Shown piece after piece: positions 1-9,442 of a stretch of DNA of 64,000 nucleotides. Below the pieces are notes generated by a model. That model saw only the letters and a program-made list of their open reading frames with translations, had not been told where the DNA came from and searched no databases. The position numbers and the translations under genes are program-made. Within the stretch, counting starts at the first letter, position 1. Every line of letters begins with the position of its first letter. The DNA lies in NCBI GenBank assembly GCA_963790825.1, contig CAWBPM010000003.1:317681-381680 (forward strand), read 5' to 3'. The DNA is from Candidatus Levyibacteriota bacterium (GTDB lineage Bacteria > Patescibacteriota > Microgenomatia > Levybacterales > UBA12049).

Positions 1-267
1 TTGAATTATTTTTAACTCTCATATTGACTTGTAAAGTCTACCACCTGAAGAAGTCATTTCAAAAGTCCTTTTAAACTCAGGTTTGACAGGCTAAATTAGC
101 GGAATTTTTCGAGTTTTGAAATGAGTAAAAAGGGGTTCTAGCTTTACGTATATTTATCAATTTTCTTCTGAATCTTAATGGTTTCATTTCATAGCTCACA
201 TTTTATAGAAAATCTGGCAAGTGTAGATTTATTACCCTTAAACTTTCACAGTTTCATTTATATACTT

Positions 268-987
268 TTAAATACAATTTTTAATAATGCCGTTCTCTTT
301 AAAACTAAAATATTCATCTGAAGTAACTATCAGATGATCTAGTATAGAAATACCCACTAGCTTACCTGCTTCTACAAGTCTATTTGTTGTGGATATATCT
401 TCCTGTGATGGTCTGTAGTCTTCAGATGGATGATTATGAGAAATAATAATCTGTGCGACATTTTCTTTTATAGCTTTTTTAAAAACTTCTCTTGGATGCA
501 CTAAACTGGAATTTAATGTGCCTACGCTAATTTCTTCATTAATTAATTTATTTCGTGTATCAAAATACAGAATAGTAAAGTGTTCTTCTTTTTTACTTCC
601 TATTTTTGATTGAAGGTATTCGGCAACTAACTTAGGAGAATTTAATAAAATTTTAGGAGATATTTTTTCCTTTGAGTATCGTTCGTAAATCGCTTTAAAT
701 AGAATCAATCCCAAAGCACTGGAACGCCCAATTCCCTTAATTGTAATTAGTTCAGTTATGTCTGCATCTAAAGCCCCTTTAAGGTTTTTGAATTTCTTTA
801 TAGCTTCTTTAGCCATGGGTTTACAATCTTTACGAGGTGTACCCAGAGTCAATAGCAATTCGATTATTTCGTAATCCAAAAAACCGTCTAGCCCAGCCTC
901 AATAAATTTTTCTCGAAGTCTTTTCCTATGCCCTTCGGCTGAATTTATTTTTTTGGTAATTAAATCAGAAGAATCGTTACTTTTCAT
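268..987 (-). CDS. radC: RadC family JAB-domain protein
   Basis: GHRKRLR N-terminus, ELLL..GTPRKD, HhH (IKGIG), VHPREVF and HNHPS..D JAB motifs; ATG at 987 overlaps the upstream gene's stop. Confidence 0.92.
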   Translation of the reverse strand: MKSNDSSDLITKKINSAEGHRKRLREKFIEAGLDGFLDYEIIELLLTLGTPRKDCKPMAKEAIKKFKNLKGALDADITELITIKGIGRSSALGLILFKAIYERYSKEKISPKILLNSPKLVAEYLQSKIGSKKEEHFTILYFDTRNKLINEEISVGTLNSSLVHPREVFKKAIKENVAQIIISHNHPSEDYRPSQEDISTTNRLVEAGKLVGISILDHLIVTSDEYFSFKENGIIKNCI

Positions 988-2902
988 TATTCTCTTGATC
1001 GACATTGAATGAAGCACCGCCAGCGTCATTATCGTATAAAGCAGAATTCATATTTTTGTTGTTTAAATGATTTTTAAAATATTCTTGTGTTTCTCTATCA
1101 ACTGAGTAAATGTAGCATCCCTTCATCCCTCTAGTCATAAGTGTCCTATATGTATTTTTAATAATCGTATCCACCATTATCTTTGCTGATTCTGGATTTT
1201 CTTTAAGCATATTCTTTATTCCTTTTACTGATTGATCTGTAGATGCACGCTTTGTCGCATCTGTAATAATCTTGCCGTTACGGATTATCATATCTGGACC
1301 GATTATTACCCCGACATAATCTAACTCCAATCCTTGAGAAGTGTGGATACAACCTACCTCTTTAACAGAATCAGGATGAATTATCCAAGCCTGACCGTGG
1401 GAGTTCAGATTCCAAGTAGCTTTATAATCTCCGATCACTATATCTTTTAATTCAGTATTATTCTTACTTATCCACTTCCAGCAATAACCGGCTAGTAATC
1501 TTGACTTATTGTTTTTCTGATTTAGGCCAATTATTTTTTCATGAAGAACACTGGGACTGTCTATAACTTTAAAGTCGAAATTAATATCTTCTAATGATTC
1601 ATTCGCCGTTTCTCTTATTTGTAATAGATTATCAATCCAAGCTAGATAACCGTCTGACCCATTACATCTAAACTGAGACTCTAATGTTAAAGATGTAACC
1701 TTTGCGTCAGCGTTTTTTGCCCAATTAATAATTTCCGATTTTTTACCTATATCTTTCAATGTAACTCTTTGATCCTCGTCAATAAAAAAAATACAAAGTT
1801 TGGAAGCATTTATTAACTCTTTTATTTGGTTTTCTCCTAGGTGACTAAATAAACCCGACTTTGCATTAAGTCTATGTGCTTCATCAACAATAAGCGAATC
1901 AAATGTATTAGCTCCGATATCATAAAATGAGCCCGATGAAGTAAATAAATTTGAAATACGGGTCTTTGTAAATTTCCCACTTAGTTTCACTTGGTAGACT
2001 TCTCGAGGTGCTGAATTTTTCGTAACGTATTGTGTTACGTCTCCTCTTTTTGTCAGTTCGGTAAGTAAATTTATCGCAACGACTGATTTTCCTGTACCAG
2101 GCCCTCCTTCCACTATTAGCACATTTTTATTAAAGTCAGACGATTCTTTTGCTAATTCAAGGGCAGTTTCGTATACAATTTTTTGATCGTCAATTAATAT
2201 AAATTCCTTATTGCCCTCAAGCATCGAAGCAAGGTTATCAGCTAATGCCTTAGATGGTCTAATTTTCCCATTCTCAATGTCATACAATATATTTGTTTTG
2301 TCACCAAATTTTACGAATCGTTTTATAAATAGTTGCAGTTTTAAGGCATCAGTTTTTAAAAATACAGGAGCCTTATCTGTGTATTCTTTATAAAAATTGT
2401 TATTAATAATTTCATAGCTGTCATAATTATGTAGGTATGCGCATGGAACTAAAGATATATTATTTTCCTGAACAGTACTGTTAAAGTCTTCTAATAATGT
2501 TGCGTATGACCAAACTTGATATGATGGGTGAGCAACTTCTCCATAAAAAGTTGTATTAAGAACGCCGTCTTTTTCAGATAAACTTACACCATCGCTCCAT
2601 TGTTTCAGCTCTACAATTACTGCTACTTTTCTATTCTCACTATTTGTGCCGGTAATTATAAAATCTATTCTTTTAGATGTTTGTGGAATCTTATATTCAA
2701 TTGCGATACCGGCATCATCGGGGATACTTGAATCGTTAATAACATTACTCATGTAAGGCATAGATTTACGCCATGAATTAATTTCACTTTTACCTGTCGA
2801 ATGTCCCATCTCTCGCACAAATGATGTAAGAATTTGTTGCTCTACTTGTCCAGACAATACATCGCTGAGGAAGTCTTTTTTGTTAGATGAATAAACAATC
2901 AT
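977..2902 (-). CDS. DUF2075 (Schlafen-group-3-like) nuclease-helicase
   Basis: N-terminal PD-(D/E)XK-like IEY..RIDF..VELKQW; Walker A GGPGTGKS; DEAH; QFRC; HTSQGLE; YRTLMTRG. Confidence 0.85.
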   Translation of the reverse strand: MIVYSSNKKDFLSDVLSGQVEQQILTSFVREMGHSTGKSEINSWRKSMPYMSNVINDSSIPDDAGIAIEYKIPQTSKRIDFIITGTNSENRKVAVIVELKQWSDGVSLSEKDGVLNTTFYGEVAHPSYQVWSYATLLEDFNSTVQENNISLVPCAYLHNYDSYEIINNNFYKEYTDKAPVFLKTDALKLQLFIKRFVKFGDKTNILYDIENGKIRPSKALADNLASMLEGNKEFILIDDQKIVYETALELAKESSDFNKNVLIVEGGPGTGKSVVAINLLTELTKRGDVTQYVTKNSAPREVYQVKLSGKFTKTRISNLFTSSGSFYDIGANTFDSLIVDEAHRLNAKSGLFSHLGENQIKELINASKLCIFFIDEDQRVTLKDIGKKSEIINWAKNADAKVTSLTLESQFRCNGSDGYLAWIDNLLQIRETANESLEDINFDFKVIDSPSVLHEKIIGLNQKNNKSRLLAGYCWKWISKNNTELKDIVIGDYKATWNLNSHGQAWIIHPDSVKEVGCIHTSQGLELDYVGVIIGPDMIIRNGKIITDATKRASTDQSVKGIKNMLKENPESAKIMVDTIIKNTYRTLMTRGMKGCYIYSVDRETQEYFKNHLNNKNMNSALYDNDAGGASFNVDQENNEK

Positions 2903-2905
2903 AAA

Positions 2906-3253
2906 TTATAATTCAGTATATTTTGTGTGTTTTCCTTTTGCTTTTTCGACAGGATATTTTTTTTTATTTTTTTTAAGTTTTTTTTCTAAGGCTATTGTAG
3001 GATCAATACTTAAGTCGTGACTAGCGAGTAAAACCCAATACAAAACATCTGCAAGTTCTTCACCAATTGCTTCTCTATTTTTCTTTATATACTCTTCCAT
3101 TTCTTTCTCGTTTTTCCATTGAAAATGTTCCATAAATTCTCCCGCTTCAAGTGAGAGAGATAGCGCAACGTCTTTAGGATTATGAAATTGTTTCCAATTT
3201 CTTGCATCGCGAAATTTTATTATTTTTTCTGTTAATTGTTTTATACTGGACAT
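2906..3253 (-). CDS. MazG-like nucleotide pyrophosphohydrolase
   Basis: RNWKQFHNPK, EAGE, GEELADV, KYPVEK motifs (dCTPase/MazG-like). Confidence 0.9.
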   Translation of the reverse strand: MSSIKQLTEKIIKFRDARNWKQFHNPKDVALSLSLEAGEFMEHFQWKNEKEMEEYIKKNREAIGEELADVLYWVLLASHDLSIDPTIALEKKLKKNKKKYPVEKAKGKHTKYTEL

Positions 3254-3382
3254 AAATATTAAACCTGATCCGTATTATACGCTTTTTGGGGGAGGTTTGG
3301 AAAATTAACCCGCTATTAACTTTCAACTAATAACCAATAACTTCGTTTCTGTGAGCTTTGAAATCAAGCGGGGTAAAAATTA

Positions 3383-3451
3383 GTTGATGTCTTTATTGAC
3401 AATATCAACTAAATAGTATAATATGTTGATATTACTATGGATAATGTCAAC
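3383..3451 (+). promoter_or_regulatory. fic promoter with four phased GTTGAY half-sites
   Basis: TTGACA 3396-3401 and TATAAT/TAATAT 3417-3424; GTTGAT 3383, ATCAAC 3404, GTTGAT 3425, GTCAAC 3446. Confidence 0.65.
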
Positions 3452-4618
3452 TCAGTGCAAATAGGCCGCTATGTCCAACAAAGTCATGGCTATAAAGCCT
3501 TTACTCCTTTTGAATTTCCGCCAAAAGGCGGTTTTATAATCAGCCCAAAATTATACAAAAAGCACGAAGAGGCTATAAGATTAGTCGGTAAATTAGATGG
3601 TATCACCAGACTCCTTCCGGATAAAGATTTTTTTCTGTTAATGTTTATAAAAAAAGATGCCACCTATTCTAGTCAGATTGAGGGTACAAAAGCTACATTG
3701 CAGGATGCAGTAGCTGAGCCAGTTACAGAAGAAAAGTCTCGACGACACCCGGACGTTGATGATATTATCCATTATATTGATGCTTTAAATTATGGCATTG
3801 AAAGAACTAAAACTTTACCAATCTCACTAAGACTTATAAGAGAAATCCACGAGCGATTGATGACTGGTGCACGTTCAACTCAGCATGCATATCCAGGAGA
3901 ATTTCGTCATTCCCAAAACTGGATAGGAGGGAAGACTCCAGCCGATGCTTCATTTGTTCCTCCTGCTCCAGTAGATATGCATAAGTCATTAAATGATCTG
4001 GAAAAATTTATCCATACAATAGATGAATATCCATCTTTAGTAAAAGCAGGACTAATCCATGCACAATTTGAAACAATTCATCCTTTTACAGACGGTAATG
4101 GCAGAACAGGAAGGATGTTAATTGCCATGTATATCCATCATGCCAGACTTTTAGAAATACCAGTTCTATACTTATCTAGCTATTTTAAAAAGTATCAAAA
4201 ACTTTACTACCAAAAACTGCAGGATTATCATGATGAAAATACACAGATGGAAGCCTGGCTGGAGTTTTTTTTGGAAGGTATTGCAGAAATTGCAAATGCT
4301 TCTATAGAAACATGTACAAAAATAACTGTCCTGAGAGACTCAGACTTTGCCAAAATGCAAAAACTTGGGAAAAAATCAGCACAGTCCACTTTGGAAATAA
4401 TCCGTAGATTATTTGGTCAGCCAATTGTGGGAGTTGCGGAAATAATGAAATGGACAGGTTTCAGTCCGCAAGGAGCATATAATGTTATTAAGCGGCTTGA
4501 AGACTTAAAAATTCTGGAACCTCTTGGTGATGCTACGTATGGACAAAAATACATTTATGCTGATTATTATGAAATCTTTGATGATACTTTTAGAGAAGCT
4601 AGGAGAAAAAATACATGA
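3437..4618 (+). CDS. Fic family protein with C-terminal wHTH
   Basis: HPFTDGNGRTGR Fic motif, SSQIEG inhibitory motif, C-terminal HTH-like region. Confidence 0.93.
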   Translation: MDNVNSVQIGRYVQQSHGYKAFTPFEFPPKGGFIISPKLYKKHEEAIRLVGKLDGITRLLPDKDFFLLMFIKKDATYSSQIEGTKATLQDAVAEPVTEEKSRRHPDVDDIIHYIDALNYGIERTKTLPISLRLIREIHERLMTGARSTQHAYPGEFRHSQNWIGGKTPADASFVPPAPVDMHKSLNDLEKFIHTIDEYPSLVKAGLIHAQFETIHPFTDGNGRTGRMLIAMYIHHARLLEIPVLYLSSYFKKYQKLYYQKLQDYHDENTQMEAWLEFFLEGIAEIANASIETCTKITVLRDSDFAKMQKLGKKSAQSTLEIIRRLFGQPIVGVAEIMKWTGFSPQGAYNVIKRLEDLKILEPLGDATYGQKYIYADYYEIFDDTFREARRKNT

Positions 4619-5292
4619 TTAAACTATCAAGATCAAAAATAGAATTACTATTTGATTGTCCAAGATGCTTCTGGCTCTATGCCGGGAAGGGAATAGCAAG
4701 ACCCTTTGGTGCTCCTTATACTATCAATAACGCGGTGGATTTCCTTCTGAAGAAAGAATTTGACGAGCATAGAAAAAATGGAACAGCTCATTGGTTAATA
4801 AAAAGAGAAGGAATAGATGCGATTCCGTTTATGCATGAAGATATCGATAAATGGAGGAATAATTTTACAGGAATTCAATATTACGATGGGGATACAGACT
4901 TTCTTGTTTTTGGTGCAGTAGATGATATTTGGGTTGATTCGAAAGGTAGTTTAATGGTTGTTGATTATAAAGCATCCGGCGCAAAAGAAGGCGAGCTACA
5001 TGACAGCTACAAACGCCAGATGGAGATTTATCAATGGATACTTCGAAAGAACGGTTTCAAGGTATTAAATAGAGGTTATTTTGTTTATTGCCGAGTAAAT
5101 AAAGATAATGGATTCGCAGACGGAAAATTAAGTTTTGACATAAAAGTGCAGCCGTATGACGGAGATGATTCCTGGGTCGAAAAAACTATTAAAGAAGCAA
5201 TTGAGTGCTTAAAGAGTGATAAAATACCTGATCCGGGTCTGGATTGTGATTTTTGTAAATACAGAGAGGCAGTTAGGCAGTTTGAAAAATAA
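4615..5292 (+). CDS. PD-(D/E)XK (Cas4/RecB-like) nuclease
   Basis: CPRCFW, GAVDD..VVDYK, QMEIY, C-terminal CDFC; ATGA overlap with fic. Confidence 0.85.
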   Translation: MIKLSRSKIELLFDCPRCFWLYAGKGIARPFGAPYTINNAVDFLLKKEFDEHRKNGTAHWLIKREGIDAIPFMHEDIDKWRNNFTGIQYYDGDTDFLVFGAVDDIWVDSKGSLMVVDYKASGAKEGELHDSYKRQMEIYQWILRKNGFKVLNRGYFVYCRVNKDNGFADGKLSFDIKVQPYDGDDSWVEKTIKEAIECLKSDKIPDPGLDCDFCKYREAVRQFEK

Positions 5293-5310
5293 GAAATTAT
5301 AATATAAACA

Positions 5311-6174
5311 ATGCAAAATAACTATACAGCTACAGAAAAAGACTTTAAAGCTATCGAGGAAGGAATACAAACAGTTTGGAGCCCGAAGTTATCATTTATT
5401 TTTAAAGATAAAGATATAATAAGGAATAGCGCAATTGTTGCTTTCGACAGTAAATATATTTACATCTGGACGACAAAAAAACTTGATAATGTAGATAAAA
5501 TTTACTGTTCATTAAAAAACTACTTCGCATATAAATGCCCACATAATATTGACATAGAGAATATTGACCGGATGGGATGGCGGGCCGGAATTTGGCCCCT
5601 TGAGCTAAATAATTTCTTACCACGGGAGCTTAAAAAAAACGATTTTGAAATTCCAAAACCCTGCGGAAGTATGCTTGGGGATTTTATCGTAAACCAAAAA
5701 AAGATCAGAGGAGAAAAAAATAATCCATATATAACTCATGATAGTTACTTAGCTACTATCGTCCACGAATTTGGACATATTTATTACAATCAACACAGAC
5801 TTTGGTGGTATTCAGACAAAACAGAAAATATTGGATATTTGCAGACTGCTTTAAATTTATATCTGGGTAAAAAAACGGGTAAAATTAAAGTCAGAATGCC
5901 ATCACCTACGTTCTTTAATGAAATTTTTGCTTTTTGCTCAGAATATTCTGCCGCAAAGATATTTTGGCAACAGCACAAAGAGAATCTGGATAAATTTGCC
6001 GTAGAATTAATAAAAAATATAATCAAAGAAGAAGAGCAAAAAAATTTAGATAATGAAGATTCCGTATTACAAATAGAAAACGCACACTATGGATCTTTTG
6101 TTTTGGGAAAGATCCTAATAGAAGAATCTCCTGCCTCATGGCCTCAAAAACTGTTACAACAACAAATATTATAA
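5311..6174 (+). CDS. hypothetical protein with HExxH (possible zincin)
   Basis: IVHEFGH plus downstream NEIFA. Confidence 0.5.
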   Translation: MQNNYTATEKDFKAIEEGIQTVWSPKLSFIFKDKDIIRNSAIVAFDSKYIYIWTTKKLDNVDKIYCSLKNYFAYKCPHNIDIENIDRMGWRAGIWPLELNNFLPRELKKNDFEIPKPCGSMLGDFIVNQKKIRGEKNNPYITHDSYLATIVHEFGHIYYNQHRLWWYSDKTENIGYLQTALNLYLGKKTGKIKVRMPSPTFFNEIFAFCSEYSAAKIFWQQHKENLDKFAVELIKNIIKEEEQKNLDNEDSVLQIENAHYGSFVLGKILIEESPASWPQKLLQQQIL

Positions 6175-6225
6175 GAGTTTTGTTTCTTTTGCCGTGTTCG
6201 CGCAGCTGACTTTTCGTCTCTTTAC

Positions 6226-6861
6226 TTATTGGTTCTTAAGAACCATTTCCCGGATTTGTTGTCGTCTGGGTTTGACATACCAGGTCGTCCAAACAAGTGT
6301 CAGGATTGAAATTGCGGTGAGGATAATCGGTGAAACTACCAGGACTACCGGAGTAGGTAATGAATAAACCATGATAACCCGTAAAATGAACTCGCCGACA
6401 TACGCCACTCCCCAAATGAGCGTTATTAAGCGGAACAGATCAAGTGCGATTTTCATTTGTAAAGATTTGCTAAATCTTTTTCTTTTTTCCGGATCTTTTC
6501 CTGCCACAAATTCACGGGCGAAATAAAACATTAACGGTCTTTTCGTCGGTAATGTTAAAAAACAGGCGATTCCGAGAAATCCGGTAAAGAACGATTCGCG
6601 GATCAGTAAAAGGCGGGGGCTGCCGCCAAGCAAAACTCCGGCAATACTAGTGAGTGTCCCGAGTAGTACTGTCGTCGAAATGACGTTCAGCGTATGATCT
6701 TTCATAAATTCGACTAATGTATCAAAAATTGGATACAGTGATGCCAGACTAAGCGCGATTACTTCTGATGCGGCGAAATATTTTTTAGCAATCGTGTACA
6801 TTGCGAAAGGAATGATGATGTTTAATAGTAAATCTTTTAGTGTATCCCGGAATTTTAGCAT
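6226..6861 (-). CDS. VC0807-like multi-pass membrane protein
   Basis: Several TM segments, LLLIRES, RPLMFYFA, ITLIWG. Confidence 0.65.
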   Translation of the reverse strand: MLKFRDTLKDLLLNIIIPFAMYTIAKKYFAASEVIALSLASLYPIFDTLVEFMKDHTLNVISTTVLLGTLTSIAGVLLGGSPRLLLIRESFFTGFLGIACFLTLPTKRPLMFYFAREFVAGKDPEKRKRFSKSLQMKIALDLFRLITLIWGVAYVGEFILRVIMVYSLPTPVVLVVSPIILTAISILTLVWTTWYVKPRRQQIREMVLKNQ

Positions 6862-7155
6862 GACCTACCCAGACTAGCATATTTGAAGCTATTTTCCTAG
6901 GACCGTTTCCATCTAAGAGGTCATTTGCCATAGAAACCAACCGCGTTTCCGTCCTTTGGTATTTGCATTTTAAAGCAGTGATTCTTTTACAGAGTATATA
7001 TCTAAGGTCGTTTTTCGTTCTTTTTGTGAGCATTGAAACAAAGCGCGTTAAAAATTATGAAATGAGTTGTCAGGGGGATTCCGGCGAATTGCCGGAGGGG
7101 GTGATATAACCCGATCAGTTCGCGAAAGCATTTTAGCTGACCGTTCACTGGCAAG

Positions 7156-7185
7156 AGAGCTTTGGTACTTTCTCGGCAGAAAGTA
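7156..7185 (+). repeat. REP-like hairpin (AGAGYTTTG foot + TACTTTCT-CGGC-AGAAAGTA)
   Basis: 8-bp stem; copies at 8435-8452 and 9244-9263. Confidence 0.7.
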
Positions 7186-7290
7186 TAGAAATAAAAAACG
7201 GGACGTTACTTAAAAATCCCCGAGGGGCGGAAGCGTTATATTTCTTATTCTATTGACAAGTCGTTGGGTTTGGGCCAAGATTAAATTGTA

Positions 7291-7869
7291 ATGGTAAAAC
7301 CTAATATCTATGCAGTTATTCTGGTCGGACTTTTAGCTGGATTAGCACAGTATACCGCTACAACTGCGTCTTTTTATCTGGTTGAGTTTTCAGGAATATT
7401 TTTCGGATTGTTCATGGGAACTTACTACTGTGTATTTTATAAACAGTCAGTCGCGAAAGCACTTTTATATATGCTAATTTCAGGCGTGTGTTTTTATGTA
7501 TCATGTTTGGTTTTTACTTTTATCAATCCCATATCATTCACATCTGGATATGATGAGACGAACTGGCTGAGATCAATAATGGCATTGTTGTGGGCTGGGG
7601 GAATCGGTGCTTTCGGTTTAGCCTTAGGTTTTCATTTTCTCTACAGCAAAATTACATCTCAGCGTTTCCTCGCGATTGTTGTAGTTGGGGGACTTCTAAG
7701 TTTTTTCTTTCTTTTAAATGGCGGTCCGATTTTCAATGAGTCAGGAAGCTCAAATCAATCCATACAGATTTTCTGGAGTTGGCTCTGGCTGTTTTTCGTC
7801 TGGCAAACCGGAGTGGCACTTACATTAACTTTTACGTTTCCCCAAAAGTCAGTAAATTCTAAATTCTAA
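7291..7869 (+). CDS. hypothetical multi-pass membrane protein
   Basis: 192-aa hydrophobic ORF, TTGACA upstream. Confidence 0.65.
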   Translation: MVKPNIYAVILVGLLAGLAQYTATTASFYLVEFSGIFFGLFMGTYYCVFYKQSVAKALLYMLISGVCFYVSCLVFTFINPISFTSGYDETNWLRSIMALLWAGGIGAFGLALGFHFLYSKITSQRFLAIVVVGGLLSFFFLLNGGPIFNESGSSNQSIQIFWSWLWLFFVWQTGVALTLTFTFPQKSVNSKF

Positions 7870-7926
7870 CCCCCGGAGTTAAATAACTTCAAACCCCGGG
7901 TAGTTTCTACCTGGAAGGTGGAATAG

Positions 7927-8220
7927 CTACTGGTGAATGAATCTTTTTATTCCGAAACCGAATTGGGCAACCATTACCCAATATCCAATAAGAAGCATTA
8001 TGATATCTCCTCCGGATATAGTAGTAACGGAAATTTGCCAGAGAGATAGAAGTGTTGCTGCAATAAGATTTGCCAATCCCCAACGAAAGTTAACTTTCGG
8101 TTTTGTTTGTTGACCAAAAGGACTACGAGCAATAGTGTTTGACCGTCCCCAAATAAAATGAGGCATACCGTTCCCAAGAAAAGCACCGATTAAGAAATAC
8201 AAAAAGTAAGAGAGGAACAT
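7927..8220 (-). CDS. small membrane protein
   Basis: About 3 TM segments, GNGMPHF/SPFG motifs; start moved to ATG 8220. Confidence 0.6.
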   Translation of the reverse strand: MFLSYFLYFLIGAFLGNGMPHFIWGRSNTIARSPFGQQTKPKVNFRWGLANLIAATLLSLWQISVTTISGGDIIMLLIGYWVMVAQFGFGIKRFIHQ

Positions 8221-8472
8221 AATTAGACTGTAACAAATGTGCAGCGGATTATCAAGATAAATAATTTCCACCCTCCAGGTGGAATAGCAAGCTAAGTCTT
8301 GTGTTCCCATCGCGTTTCCATTCTTGGTAAATATAATATTGATCATTCATTGAAAATTGCCATTGGTTCTGAGCGTAGCCAAGTTAAGCTTGGCGGAGTT
8401 GAAGGAAAAATTGGATTTTGAAAATTTATATCCGCTTTCTCGGCAGAAAGTACAATAAAAAGGGTTGCAAAG

Positions 8473-8500
8473 AGTTTTGGGCGTCTTTTTAAAAAGACGC
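8473..8500 (+). repeat. palindromic direct repeat, copy 1
   Basis: AGTTTTGGGCGTCTTTTTAAAAAGACGC containing a perfect 20-bp palindrome; repeated at 9176-9203. Confidence 0.8.
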
Positions 8501-8509
8501 GAGGGGAAT

Positions 8510-8782
8510 TTATTCATTTATCCGGGTGTAATTTTGAAGCAATATACTATACATTAATGCGTCTTCCGCAATTTTTTGTTTATCATCACCATCAAGAATT
8601 GTTTCCAGTTTCTCTAGGATTGTTTTTATATATGGTTTTATCTCTTCCTCATTAACCTCATTTCTTCGGGCGATTGCCTCTTGAGTGAAGCGTTTTGCCA
8701 TATTTATTGATCCTCTGTAATAGCCCAAGGCCACCCGTTTCAGATCCATACTTAAAGATTCTAATGCGATTTTATTATTCAT
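8510..8782 (-). CDS. small helical hypothetical protein (partner of DUF5674-like gene)
   Basis: 90 aa; overlaps the upstream gene by 8 nt. Confidence 0.7.
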   Translation of the reverse strand: MNNKIALESLSMDLKRVALGYYRGSINMAKRFTQEAIARRNEVNEEEIKPYIKTILEKLETILDGDDKQKIAEDALMYSILLQNYTRINE

Positions 8783-9116
8783 ATAATTCCTTAAAGAAAA
8801 ATCGTGTTAACTTTTCAAATTTTTTCCTGATTGTTTTATCCTGAATTTCATTGCTTGTATTATTCAGAGCAGGCCGGATATTAATGAACGAGTTAAAATC
8901 AATAACTTTTGTCTCTAAATCTATGCCTCCGCCCCACAAATCATCTTGATTTGATCCGCTCTTTAACAATAGTTCTTCCGACTCAAAATGTCTGTCGCAT
9001 CCTGCAGAGCAAACTTTTTTCCCGATATCTATTACGGTTTTAATATATACATCAAACTGCTCGCGAAGTTTTTTAATTTCCTCTTTTGTATACGCATCGG
9101 ATTTGGTAATTATCAC
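8775..9116 (-). CDS. DUF5674-like protein
   Basis: YIKTVID, H.E.E..LL..GS.QDDLWGG, SFINIRP, EIQD motifs. Confidence 0.75.
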   Translation of the reverse strand: MIITKSDAYTKEEIKKLREQFDVYIKTVIDIGKKVCSAGCDRHFESEELLLKSGSNQDDLWGGGIDLETKVIDFNSFINIRPALNNTSNEIQDKTIRKKFEKLTRFFFKELYE

Positions 9117-9175
9117 TGTCTTATTTTAGCAAATTATACTCTTTAAAACTATAAAGCCGTTTTTTCTTCTCAAAA

Positions 9176-9203
9176 AGTTTTGGGCCTCTTTTTAAAAAGA
9201 CGC
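9176..9203 (+). repeat. palindromic direct repeat, copy 2
   Basis: AGTTTTGGGCCTCTTTTTAAAAAGACGC, 1 mismatch to 8473-8500. Confidence 0.8.
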
Positions 9204-9442
9204 AGGAAATATAAGAGTTTGCTCGCCTCGCTGCGAAGCAGGATACTTTCCCGGCAGAAAGTATAAAAATAAGAGTTTTGTCCATTCTGCTCTAAACACA
9301 AAGATAACAGGGTCCGGCCCAAACCTTTAATCCAGAAAACCACATGTCCCGATGATTCCGCCATCCGGAACAAATCTGTTATGTGCCAGAATACGCTCCC
9401 GTTCAGCTTGACATTAATTTAATTTAATACAATAATCTCTAC

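Noticed and set aside
1-267. Small ORFs downstream of radC
   Set aside because: Too short or truncated by the window edge to support a call.
4615-5292. Cas4-like nucleases (also 38504-39337) as part of a CRISPR-Cas system
   Set aside because: No cas1/cas2 and no regularly spaced repeat-spacer array in the window.
6174-9280. Repeats as a CRISPR array or integron attC sites
   Set aside because: Irregular spacing, genes in both orientations, no RYYYAAC/GTTRRRY cores and no integrase.
9170-9373. 67-aa ORF (also 6785-7033)
   Set aside because: They run through repeat or intergenic DNA, or overlap a real gene, and have no protein-like features.
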